Both the position numbers and the translations under genes were made by a program. The notes beneath the pieces were generated by a model, which did no database searches, had not been told where the DNA came from, and worked only from the letters and a program-made list of their open reading frames with translations. This document shows positions 41,111 to 51,707 of a stretch of DNA of 60,009 nucleotides, one piece after another; the stretch's first letter is position 1; the number at the start of each line of letters is the position of its first letter. Source of the stretch: Xylographa opegraphella (lineage: Eukaryota); the NCBI GenBank assembly GCA_022813865.1, contig JALDZX010000009.1, positions 496,001 to 556,009 of the forward strand. The letters are read 5' to 3'.

Positions 41111-41729
41111 CTAATTGTTGGTCTTTTCTTTTGTGAATTCTTTGGCCTCTTCCTTCTTCTGAGCGAGGAAGGTGCTCAACCAGTTCAGCGTATCGCTGGT
41201 GACGACCAAGCCGGTGGTGATCATCGCCTTTCCGCCAGCCATGAGGCCATCTCCTCCGCACTTCTTGTACTCGTTGCCCCATGTCTGGAAGACGTAGTCC
41301 TTGCCCTGGAAAGCCATCCTGAGCGGCATGAACGCAACATCGAGGACGGTGGTCTTGATCTGCTCGGCATCTTGTTTGACAATCGGGAATGTCTTATCCA
41401 CGCGGGTCAAGCCATCGCTGGCAAGCTCGTCGGCCTTCGCGACGTATGGCTTGACGTAACCGTATGGACCTTGTGCGTACGGGAGGACGGGCGCGACGAT
41501 GGATTTGTAGCCGTGGTCTGCGAGGTCAAGAGATTTTTGGCCATATGGGTTGGACTTGAAGGTGGAGATGGAATCGGAGACGACGGGATACGAGGTGAGG
41601 TGCTGCGTGAGCCGTTAGCGGACAGCATTCAGCTGGACGGTCCGAGAAGCTCACCGAGATGAATTGGGACGAGGCCTGGTCGCCGTTGACAGTGGGTGCA
41701 CTCATTGTGGAATCTTCTGCGTGAGGCAT
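41111..41729 (-). CDS. CAP20: CAP20 / perilipin-like lipid-droplet protein (Mpl1/Pet10 family); exons 41729-41655 and 41602-41111
   Basis: SQFISHLTSYPVVSDSISTFKSNPYGQKSLDL...PYVAKADELASDGLTRVDKTFPIVK...YKKCGGDG. Confidence 0.9.
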
Positions 41730-42838
41730 GGAGGTGAAAGCTACGACGATGGTCAGATGAGCGAGCTAGACACGGATGAGAAGCGTGGGGAGAGTGACTG
41801 CAAAGGTCAACTGATGAAGAGCTGTCCTACTTGGATGAGGTTCCGCCGTTGTAGTGTAGGGTGTCTGGGAGATGGAGAGAGAGAGTGTGTGTGTGGGAAG
41901 GAAAGTGTGGTTGTGAGGAGGAGAAGTATGGACGGGGGAGCAGGCGTGGTGTTGTTCGAAGATAGTGCACGTTGAGCTCGTGGAAAAGCATGTGAAAGGC
42001 ACAAGGAAATTGTTGAAAATGTGTGGTCCTCACACCTGTTCCCTGTTTTCCTCACCACACCCGTTGTGCTCTAGGTCCTAGCTGGGAAACGGGCCGCCAG
42101 TCCACGCATTTTGTAGGTGGACGAGGGTGGCGACCATGGCAACCATTCATGACCACGTCCAGAGATTGCTTTGTCCCCCCGACTGCAGCTGCGACTCGCT
42201 CACTGAGTGCGCGCTCGTTTCTGTTGAGCGAAGTAAGGTAATTGAATTTGGCATGTGAAAGAGCTCGGACGTGCATGACGAAAGGCGCAAAACGGTGATC
42301 ACGCGTGCCCGAGCAGGGATGATGCCTGACCGGTTTGCACAGCGGCGGCTAGCCGAGCCTCGAGCCCCTGCCACTGTGCATTTTAAGGCACCCCCCCCCC
42401 AATGGCTGATGCGCAGTCAGTCAAAAGCACGTCAGGGCCATCATGAATAGGTACCTCGGGAAGAATACCCTTACCTAAGGTACCTTACCTTATCCAGGAC
42501 GCTCTTTGGTGACTGGCTTGCAACTACACGGAAGCTTGATCTCCTAACGTACAACGGGCTGATGTTGATACCTAGTGCTAGATATACCAGTATGCGTAGT
42601 GAACGTGTCTCGGAGAGTCTCCGAAGATACGAAGAATACACCTTCAACCTGCCTTGATTTCCAATCGAGGAGAATTAAAATCATGAACGCCCCTTCAATC
42701 CTGTGTACAGACAGAATCAAGAGGAGTGGCGCGTAGCTGTCCATTTCAAATCTATCAACCCATCTCTCTGCAGCATGTTAGTCGCACGACGAATCCCAGT
42801 ATTGCGTGTGTGCCTCGCGCGCTTTCACTATCCCGTAT

Positions 42839-43110
42839 CTACGCCTCTCGTGCCTCGCTCGCCCACGCAACCGATCTCAGAGGTCGACGATACTCTGGGA
42901 TACAGACTGTCGGTCGAAGAAAGCCGAAAAGAGTCAAGCATTTGGAATTCCGCTGGGCCAGGCTCATATAGGGCCAATCCTCCATGAGCTCGGGAGAGGA
43001 ACGCACCACCTTGTACATTGTGTCGAAGTCGTCAAGAAGCTGGAAGATCTGGGCCTTCAGCTCAAAGGAAGGCTGTGCCAAGAGGTGCGAGGCATGCCCC
43101 GGCTCGCAAT
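42839..43110 (-). pseudogene. Possible F-box-like gene remnant
   Basis: SHLLAQPSFELKAQIFQLLDDFDTMYKVVRSS resembles fungal F-box-like N-termini (LxxLPxELxxxIF..LDD). Downstream frames are interrupted. Confidence 0.3.
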
Positions 43111-43569
43111 GGCCAATAGATCTTCCTGCTATAGTCCTATCGAGGTTGGGGCGGCGGATGAAAGAGGCGCTGTGGGAAGCTGGAAACTGGGGCCACAGGC
43201 TTGCTTCTTCAGTCAACACGCAGATGTGGCGGCGATGATGGAAGTGAGAGATATGGCAGAAGCGATATCGATCCGCGATGGCCAGGAGTGTTGTTGTACC
43301 ACGAGCAGGCATCAAGGAGACGCAACTCTTTCGGAGACGAGCAATGATGTGCATCGCTTCTGGTTCTGCAGCATATATGGTTGGTATGGGGGCCCTGAAG
43401 ATATTCAATGCCTTACGAACATTTCTATGTCTTTGATTCCTGAAATTGAATTGACAACCGAGAGATCCCTTCTGCTCCAACAAATATCGGCCAGGGTATC
43501 CGCCAACGCCGCACGCTCGCATCATTCGTAAAATCATGTCCATCATCGCGACGCTTTCATGCCAGACTT

Positions 43570-45160
43570 TCAATCCCACGGAAAATCCGCCTCATCGACT
43601 CTCGTGCATGTCAGATACCCCATACCACCGCCATCCCTCCCCACATCCAGCTCGAGGAAATTCCGCATCAGCGGCCTGACCGCCTCCCGCGCCATGGCCT
43701 TCAACTCGTCCATGCGCCGCTCAAGCTTCTTCATGTTGTCGCGACTGTAATCGTCTGGCAGTAGCCGTAGGAAGCGTTTGAGCTCGTCGTGGCCGAGGTA
43801 TGTCGAGCCACCCAAGCCCAAAAGACGATATATCCGTCCATTGTTCAACGGTGGCGGTGGAGGAGGTTGAGACTGTCGGGAGTCAGGGCCCGATGTCTTG
43901 GACGGTGGTGGTGGTGGTGGCGTGGTGTTCTCGGCCAGCCACTGACGGAAAAGGGAGACAACGTTCCAATCCAAGTAGGAATTCCATGGGGAGACGCGCT
44001 CGCCACGACTCGTGGTGAGCGTGAGACGAAATAAGCGACCTTCGACCTTGGCTTTCAAGTCTTGAAGCTCGTCGACCTTGTCCTCGATAAGCTCGAGGAT
44101 GATGTCCGGAATGTTGCGGAGCTGCGGGGCGCCGTGGGGCCATTGGCCTACGACGTGTACCAGGGCCTCCGCAAATATGACTTTGGACCGAGCAAGATAG
44201 CCTAGCTTGAGGTAACTAGGCGGATACTTGGCGATTTGCTTCCAGAGGCGACCCTGGAACTGTAGCAGGTGGTGGTCTATTCTTGGACCAACAACCTCGA
44301 GTGCGTCATACATATCCGCCAGGTTAAGTAAGCTTTTGCATTGTATGTACGCCTCTGTGATGTCGACTGCATCGAGCGCTGGCGGGTAGTTGTAGAATAT
44401 ACGGAAGAGGTTATCGTAGTCTCGAATGATATCATTGTCTTGACCTGTTTGAGCGGTCGTAGGAGGGATGTGGATGGCCGATTGCATAGCAGAGATGGAC
44501 CTGAAGAAGCCGTTCGATGGAGCAGGAGGCTTGTTGCGTACTGGTGGCGGTCGTGGGGTACGATCGCTACCGAAGAGCGATGTCTGCAGAGGCTAGTAGA
44601 GCACAAGGATCAGTTGGGTTCGACTTCCGTGCGAAGTAGCACAGCCCTACCTTCTGGACCAACATTGGCATCTCGTCCGTCTGATTACCAAAATCCAACT
44701 CATATCTCCAGAAAGCCTTCGGCATTGTACCTGCGCTCGAATCCGCAACCTGGGCTGCGTCATCTTCCTCACCTATCCTACCCAAAGCTGCATTATAACC
44801 TTGCGCAACGCTTCGCCCTTGAGGTTGCGCTTGTGCCCGCGACCACACCTCGCTGGTGCTCGCGTCGAAGAAACCGGAGCTGCGTGCCAGGATGAGCCTA
44901 TGCAGCATATACCTCTTTTCTTGCCCACCCGCTGCAACGAGTATCTCCACATCGCCAGTGTGCGCGAAGTTCGGAAACTCGTTTTGGGGCGCGTAAGAAG
45001 TTCCTCCATTGTGAGAGCGGTTACTACGGCGTCGGCGGGTAGCCGTGCTCCGACTGGCGACAGAGGAAGGTCGTCTAACTGAGAGGGTATGTGTGTCCGC
45101 TTCTGGGCGCGACTGAGTCGGACTCGGCAGATCGTAGAAGGGTGTTGAAACGGTATTCAT
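43570..45160 (-). CDS. Conserved fungal protein with a BTB/POZ-like N-terminal domain; exons 45160-44651 and 44592-43570 (an extra 5' exon is possible)
   Basis: PQNEFPNFAHTGDVEI...YMLHRLILARSSGFF, DYDNLFRIFYNYPP, RIDHHLLQFQGRLWKQIAKYPPSYLKLGYLARS, YLTCTRV..DFPWD*. Intron GTAGGG...CTGAT...CTAG. Confidence 0.87.
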
Positions 45161-45859
45161 CTGCACCGAGTTATGCGCATATCACTCTATGAGATGATAG
45201 ACAGAGCGCACTGGTTGTGTGCCGAGACGGGTGGGCTGGACAGCAACTCAGTGATGCATGGAATGCCGTTGTTGGTTTGATGTTTTGATGCCGCTGGGAG
45301 CTGTACAATTCTGTAGGCTGAGCAATTTCTTGATCAAAAGAGCTGATACTTGAGGAATATGAATGCAGAAGGGCGCAAATGTTGGTCATTCCAGACCAAG
45401 ACTCGATCTTCGAGGCGGTCCACGAGGCGGACCCGTGAAGTGGCACGCGAGGTAAGGTATCGATGCAGGCCGCGATATGCTGGCCGGCGGGGTCTTGACG
45501 AATGGGCGCGACGCTTCGTAGTTCTTGCATGAGACTATCAACACCCGATGAACTGTTTATCAACATCGGATACGCGACCACGGAGGAGGGGTGCTTCGAA
45601 GTTTCATCGACTCAAAGAACTCTCGCCACAACGGCCTCCAATACCCGGCCTACCAGCCCTATGATGCAAGGATGAAAAGTTTAGGAACAGGGCACAAGGG
45701 GGGAAACGATTGGTTCATATTGCTCGGGCAATTTATTTGCTTAACAGTGCTTGGAGAGTAATTATTTCAACGACGGAGTGTGGCCGTTTGAGAAGGCTTT
45801 TGCGATAAGCTTCAGTTGTTGACTGAAGCAGAATACCACGACTTGTTTCATAGTGCTAC

Positions 45860-47278
45860 CTACCGTGCAAGCCTCGCCCTACTCAGGTTGATCGCCACAT
45901 CCACCGTCGCCCCATCAATAAAGTCGTTCATAACCACGATGGGCTTTTCAGCTTGCAGTCGCGTCAGAACGTTATCTTTGATCCAAGGCAGCGTCTGCTG
46001 ATCGAGCATCGCCTTGGTTGCAGAGAGACAACTCGTCGCCGCATTCGCCGCAAAAACACTATATACCAGGACCTCCTTGATACTTTGAGACGTAGCTTGG
46101 CATTGAAGCACAGTAAGAGGATGACTTTCCTGGCCTTCGGTGTTCATGGACTCGAACCTTCCAATAATTGGAGCTGCCGTCAGCGTAGCATATGCTTCTG
46201 CCGTCCAGCTGTCGTATTTGTTGGCCTCGATCATACAGATCAGACGCCGGCCGCTACTGCGAAGCGTGTCAATAGATTGCGTCAAGCAGTCAATGGCGCC
46301 ACACTTGAGATGGCCATTTGACGTCGACTTGCCAAGAGCATTCTGCATTGCAGCACCAAGCTCATCGATTGTGGGGTGCCTGCATTCGCCGACAATATTA
46401 TCCCAGCGAATATGAACTGTAACGATTTCCGCTACGTGGGTATCGAGGAAGGCAACAATTTGGTCCAGGAACACATCGTACGCTAAGCCTGGTATGCAAG
46501 CATGCTGAAAGTAAGGTTTGTTCTCAAGGTGAGAGATTTCCGTGAAGAGCGGGACCGGAAATGCAGGACGGAATTCGAAATAACGTGCGCCTAGGCCTAG
46601 CATGCTAGTGATTGTGTCTTTTTGTGTGATTGCCAGAGCATAGACGATATCTGGGAGTAAGTGAACTAGGACTTCAGACGGGAGGAGGTCTCCAAACCAT
46701 CGGAACTCAGGGATATTGTCTTTAAACTTGAAGAGATTACTGGAGTCCAGGGCATTAATCACAGCGTCTGAGTTTTGCATTGTGTTCATTCCATCATCGT
46801 GAGGTGCCACAAGGACGAACCGCGAAAACGGCTTCAAAGCTGCCGGCGACCCTTGGGGTGCAAGTGAGCCCATCCAGGTGGATTGGTTTGCAGTCACTGT
46901 GACGAAGCATTGATCTTTGTTCGTGAGGCCAGCCTTTCCCGAACCTGCGTCGTAGAATCCGTAGGAGATGATCACATCGCCCATGAAGATTGACTGATCT
47001 TGCAATGTGGACTTCATGTTACCACCTTCAAGGTTCCCAGTGAGGCTGTTGATATCATTGTACCGGTTGGCAATTTCCCTACTATTCTGAAGAACCCGCC
47101 AAACGAAACGGCCAGTGTAGTTCTCTATGCCCGGAATATTCCTCGATCCAATCTCGAGGTCTTTTGCAGAGTGATTGTCGTTTGAAGTATTGATGATGCG
47201 TCCGTTAGGAACGCTGAACTCGACTTCGTAACCCGCGACGGATATATATGAATAGACGGTGATCCCCTTACTAACCAT
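45860..47278 (-). CDS. PLC-like phosphodiesterase (PI-PLC X-box/TIM barrel) with an N-terminal extra domain; intronless, 472 aa
   Basis: WMGSLAP...FVLVAPHDDGMN, LAITQKDTI..MLGLGARYFEFRP, YFQH, EIVTVHIRWD and VVMNDFIDGAT. Confidence 0.85.
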   Translation of the reverse strand: MVSKGITVYSYISVAGYEVEFSVPNGRIINTSNDNHSAKDLEIGSRNIPGIENYTGRFVWRVLQNSREIANRYNDINSLTGNLEGGNMKSTLQDQSIFMGDVIISYGFYDAGSGKAGLTNKDQCFVTVTANQSTWMGSLAPQGSPAALKPFSRFVLVAPHDDGMNTMQNSDAVINALDSSNLFKFKDNIPEFRWFGDLLPSEVLVHLLPDIVYALAITQKDTITSMLGLGARYFEFRPAFPVPLFTEISHLENKPYFQHACIPGLAYDVFLDQIVAFLDTHVAEIVTVHIRWDNIVGECRHPTIDELGAAMQNALGKSTSNGHLKCGAIDCLTQSIDTLRSSGRRLICMIEANKYDSWTAEAYATLTAAPIIGRFESMNTEGQESHPLTVLQCQATSQSIKEVLVYSVFAANAATSCLSATKAMLDQQTLPWIKDNVLTRLQAEKPIVVMNDFIDGATVDVAINLSRARLAR

Positions 47279-47596
47279 AGTGACAGTCTGGAACGGGCCC
47301 AAAGGAGAGAATGTGCGCAACGAGTGTTCTGTTGAGCGCCTGTGCCGGGGTCATATGTGTCAAGAAATTCTCCGACCTTCTGTTGGACAGAATGGGCACG
47401 GTGTATGCAAGCCACAACCGCGGTCGGAGGACATCATTAACGTGATCACACGAGGAGTTTTCCAGACCTAAGGTATCAAGACAACACAAGCAGAGGTTCG
47501 AAGCGCGAAGTACGACAGTTCAGCTCCAGTAGGTCCTACCGCATTTGTCCCTCGGCCAATGCGGAACGCTGCACAAAGTGCCGCAACTAGATACAT

Positions 47597-47652
47597 TACC
47601 TTACGTGTAAGGTAGGTAAAGGTGCCTTACCTTAAGGTAGGTCTAAGGTAGG
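47597..47652. repeat. Cluster of TACCTTA/TAAGGTA inverted repeats
   Basis: TACCTTAC-GT-GTAAGGTA at 47597-47614 and the perfect palindrome TACCTTAAGGTA at 47628-47639, followed by GGTCTAAGGTAGG. Confidence 0.65.
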
Positions 47653-48181
47653 ACTACAGGACGATAGCATAATTTACGTACAGGGACGCTTGAGCAGGGC
47701 TGGTTTTGTGGCCGATGAGTTCAAACTCTCCTGGATGTCACTGCCGCTTTGGACTGCTCTTCATGAACAGAGAAAAAGCGCTGTGGCAATTAGCAAGTGA
47801 GTGCAGCAGGTGGACATTCATGGATTCGCAGAGCCTCGAAGCCAGCCCGAGGGCCATACAGTATCTACCTATGTGTAACAAAACCCCAGAATCCCAACGT
47901 CCAGAGATCCGCAATAGAAGTCACGTCATCGGACAATGCCCTCGGCCTTCGGACTTAGTGATCCGGATATCTAATGCTATTATGTTTTGTGAGATTGTAT
48001 GCTTTGTAACTTTCGGCTTTAGGCCTCTTTCTTACAAATGCAGATACAAGTCTATACTATGTGAACACCGCCTTTACAGCGCTTGTTCGGTCCACAGTCC
48101 TCTTCTCGAGTTCACTGTCACATCATCCGCCTGCAATCCATCGACCGTCGATTATATACGATCTCAGAACACCACCTCGTC

Positions 48182-49076
48182 ATGGCTTCCACGGTTGCCA
48201 CCAATGGCCTATCCCCAAAAATAACCCTTTACACCAACCACTCCTGCCCGTGGGCACACCGCGCCCATATCGCTCTCAAAGAACTTAACCTCTCCTACGA
48301 AGAAGTGATCATCGACCTGGACCGCCCTCGCGATGAGTGGTATCTCAAGATCAACCCTGTGCGCTTGTCCCCACCTCCTCCCCACCCTCATACATTCCGA
48401 TCCCTAATCTCCCTTTCCCACAGCGCGGGCTCGTCCCCGCCATCGTCTTCTCGAACGGAGTCCTCAACAACGAGATCATCACCGAGTCCGGCATCGTCTC
48501 GCAATTCCTCGCCGATGCCTTCCCCTCCCACCTCTTGCCCGCGTCCCACTCCTCTCCTACAGCAGCTCTCACTCGCGCTCGCATCGCTTTCTTCGCCGAT
48601 ACCTACACCAGCAAAGTAAGCGGCAAGTTGTTTGGCGCTATGGGCGGTACGACGGAGGAGGAGAAGGAAGCGAAAGCGGACGAGGTCGTGGCCGCGGTGG
48701 AAAATGAGCTCGAGCCGTTGCTGAAGGATGCGGCGCCGTTCTTTGGCGGGAGTGACAAGATGACTTTGGCGGAAGTACGTGGAAATGTGTCCTCATTGTG
48801 TTGAGGATGGAGAGAATTCCAGGAGGAATTGATTGCTGAACGTACTCGCAGTGCCTTACCGCTTCCTTTGTCATCCGAATGCATGCCTTCGCTCGCGCAG
48901 GCCTGCTACATTCGTCGCTACTTGGTAAGCTAGAGAAGCTGCCGCACTACACCAAATGGCAGAAAGCTGTGACTAGCCAGGACAGCGTGACGTATATCTG
49001 GGACGAGAAGGACATAATACCAAAGACGAAGGCGAGAATAGAAAAGATGGCAGCAGCCCGGAAGTCTGGGAATTAA
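48182..49076 (+). CDS. Glutathione S-transferase (omega-like, CPWA active site); exons 48182-48358, 48424-48774, 48852-49076
   Basis: LYTNHSCPWAHRAHIAL, WYLKINPRGLVP, TESGIVSQFLAD and PFFGGSDKMTLAE. Confidence 0.92.
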
Positions 49077-49721
49077 GTGAAGGCCTCGGATAATGCTTTT
49101 TTCGGGGGAAAAATTGAGAGAGGTGTGATGTTCGGAACACTGCTATGAGATTATGAGATATGGTTGAATGTGTGTTTAGGCTCATGATGAGCAGCATTAC
49201 TCGAAAGGAGTAACGATCATGCGATGGGCCGAACGCTGTCCGCAGCTACCAGAATGACATACTGGCTTATGTTAAATGCGAATTTCCAACCTTGTATGTA
49301 GACCGCAAACATTCCATCCAAAGCTTCTTACCATTGCGGAGATTTCGGCAAAGGTCCCCTTGCTGTGACCACGTAAACAATGTCCTATACTTCTCTGATG
49401 AATCAAAAGTGTCTGGACCATTTGTCTACTGATGCTAATGCCGAGTAACAGAGGCCGACCGTCGTGGCATGAAATCATCAGGTCTTTTATCCGCTTTTGC
49501 TGCGATGTCTGATGTTGAATGATGCAAATGTGAATCTGAAGCTGGGTTAAGGCTTTTAGGAGAATGAAAGCTCGATAAGTCTAGTAGTTGAAGAATGCTT
49601 TTATTCTTCATATGTCCCAAAGCCAAACTCGACGGTACATACACCTTTATGCAAACTTATGCAATCGGCTGCTTCTCATGAGTCGTTGCTGATGTTAGAG
49701 GCAGAGTCTTCTGTAACTTCA

Positions 49722-51707
49722 TCACTTGATCTGGCTGACTACCCCAATGGCTCCCCTAAGAGCTTCGTCGATCTGCCTCATGTAATCGCCCAGCTCTTGC
49801 AGACAGGCCGTCAGTTCTGGCTCTTTCATCTTGTTGTTGGCCTCCCAGAGGCCGCTCAACGCTGCCCGATCTTTAATCAATCCCTGACGGAATGCGGTCA
49901 GCCTATTGATGACTTTGAGGAATGGCCCCCAGGGGACCGGCGGGCTGGTAGTGGCCGAGATGGCTTCCGCACGTGAGACTTCAGTTCCGGCAAAGACTGC
50001 AGCAGCGCGTTGACGTCCGGCCGTTCGACAGACTTTACCTCTATTATCTAACGGATTGCTACTTAAATTTGTGGTTGTGCCACCTTTTCTGTCAGTACGA
50101 GCCGTAGCAGTGGAGCCCGTACTTGGCGCGTTCGTTAAGTTACTAGGAACAGGCTGACGGCGATGTGGAGGAACGTATTTACCTGGAATGGTAAGGCCAA
50201 TCAAATTTCCATCATGGACGATGGTGGTATTTTTGTGTGCCACATCTTCGTCATGCGAAACTTGGACGCCCTAGAGACGTCTTCCGAGTCAGGAGCGCTC
50301 CGCTTTCTCACTACCAATCCAAGTGGCTTATTGTTGGCACGGCTGGGTGCTGCATGAAAGATTCCGATTAATGCATTATTAGTCGATTTCTCTGGAATTG
50401 AGGAAAAGGAAGAGCTTGGTTGCCGCACACGGTCGTCCTGCTCACGCAACAGTACTCATAATGGTAGATCGGAAGGTCCATCAAAAAGGGGCTGAGGCAT
50501 CTCATCAGTCAGAGGATACTCTGAAGCGCTTTCAGGGATGGCATGACAAGGCCGAGCATCCACATCAATATCACAAACGTCCAAGTCACGGCCGCCGAAT
50601 GAGGCCTCCACGTAATGACCACAGGCTCTTTCAACACTGATATTGGGCGCTTTAACGTGTTCAACAGGATCGGGTATTTCTCTATTACCAGTATTGCAGA
50701 CTTTCATGTTCATGATGAGATCATGTGCCCTTTCCATACCGGCACCACGTGCTTCTGCTTCGATGCTCATAGGGCGATCGCTGAACCGCTCACGACTTAC
50801 ATACCGTGTTTGTACTGCATACATTGGCTGTACTGCATACATTGGCTGTACTGCATACATTGGCTATACTGCATACATTGGCTGTACTGCATACATTGGC
50901 TGTACTGCATACATTGGCTGTACTGCATACATTGGCTGTACAGCATTCAAATACCATTTGTCAGGGTACATATGTGGTATGCTTCGACTTCTGGGCGTAC
51001 GACTAATGACACGAGTATCATTGTCACGATCTTGATAAGCTGCATCAATGCAGTATGCCTTTTCAGCTTTGTAATTACGGCTTGCATTCTTGACAGAGGA
51101 GATGAGACTGCCCAATGCCCTTGTATTCGAGGCGTCGAAGCCTGCGTCCGCAGCCGCTTGAGTTGCGGCTGCATTACGTCCTGCAAGATCAGGTTCTGGT
51201 AAACGTCAGCTGTGACTAAAATTGCTTCAGCCTATTAAGCCACATACGGTAGTATTCGAAGTGTCGAGGTGCTCCCGCTTGCATTGTATCATAAGAGTGT
51301 GCATACGAACAGTCCTCCTTATGAAGCTTGCAAGTTCCTATGCTCCAGAAGTAGCAATTATAGGCTAATGCAGGAGACATCGATCCAGTGTGATAATGAG
51401 CATATCGACACAAGGAAGGCGATATATCGCAGCCTGTAGGACTACTGACCCAACGGCGACAAGTGGAAGACTTCCATGCCGCTGTGCGGGTTTGAATGGA
51501 GCGATCTTGTAGATGATACATAGCCGATGATCTAGCAGGATATGCTGGTCGGTAGTAATCCCCTCGTCTCAGCACTGAGTATGGTGGGCGGTAATAATCT
51601 CCCCGCAGTGGTATAGAGTATGAAGGGCGGTAATATTCTCCTCTTAGTCGTCGAGCGTAGAAAGTTGGGGGCTGTGTCCGAAATGTTTGTTGGAGATAGT
51701 CTGCCAT
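49722..51707 (-). pseudogene. Disrupted gene for a tandem CCCH zinc-finger protein carrying a coding minisatellite
   Basis: Exon 51707-51248 has CRRWVSSPTGCDISPSLCRYAH and CYFWSIGTCKLHKEDCSYAH. Intron 51247-51196 (GTATGT...GCTGAC...CCAG). Exon 2 stays in one frame through TAG (50864-50866) and TGA (50456-50458), then needs a frameshift near 50250 to reach the 49722-50243 ORF. Confidence 0.65.
50811..50946. repeat. 18-bp minisatellite TGTACTGCATACATTGGC x7 plus a partial unit
   Basis: Seven head-to-tail units, identical except G>A at 50866. Encodes (AVQPMY)n on the minus strand. Confidence 0.97.

Noticed and set aside
49183..49221. Stem-loop CATGAT...TTACTC-GAAAG-GAGTAA...ATCATG after the GST, resembling a SECIS or hammerhead core
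   Set aside because: It has ATGATGA rather than CTGATGA and no proper stem II, the helix geometry is wrong for SECIS, and the GST has no in-frame TGA.
50864..50866. TAG as a programmed A-to-I editing site (UAG>UGG)
   Set aside because: Sister repeat units have CAG (Gln), not TGG, and a further TGA plus a frameshift lie downstream. A plain C>T mutation explains it better.
50811..50946. Regular repeat that could be mistaken for a CRISPR array
   Set aside because: Units are head-to-tail with no unique spacers, the context is eukaryotic, and no cas genes are present.
50615..51202. Plus-strand ORFs with (LYCIHW)n, (CTAYIG)n and (LAVLHT)n
   Set aside because: These are shadow frames of the minisatellite. 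Splice signals and CCCH motifs support the minus strand.
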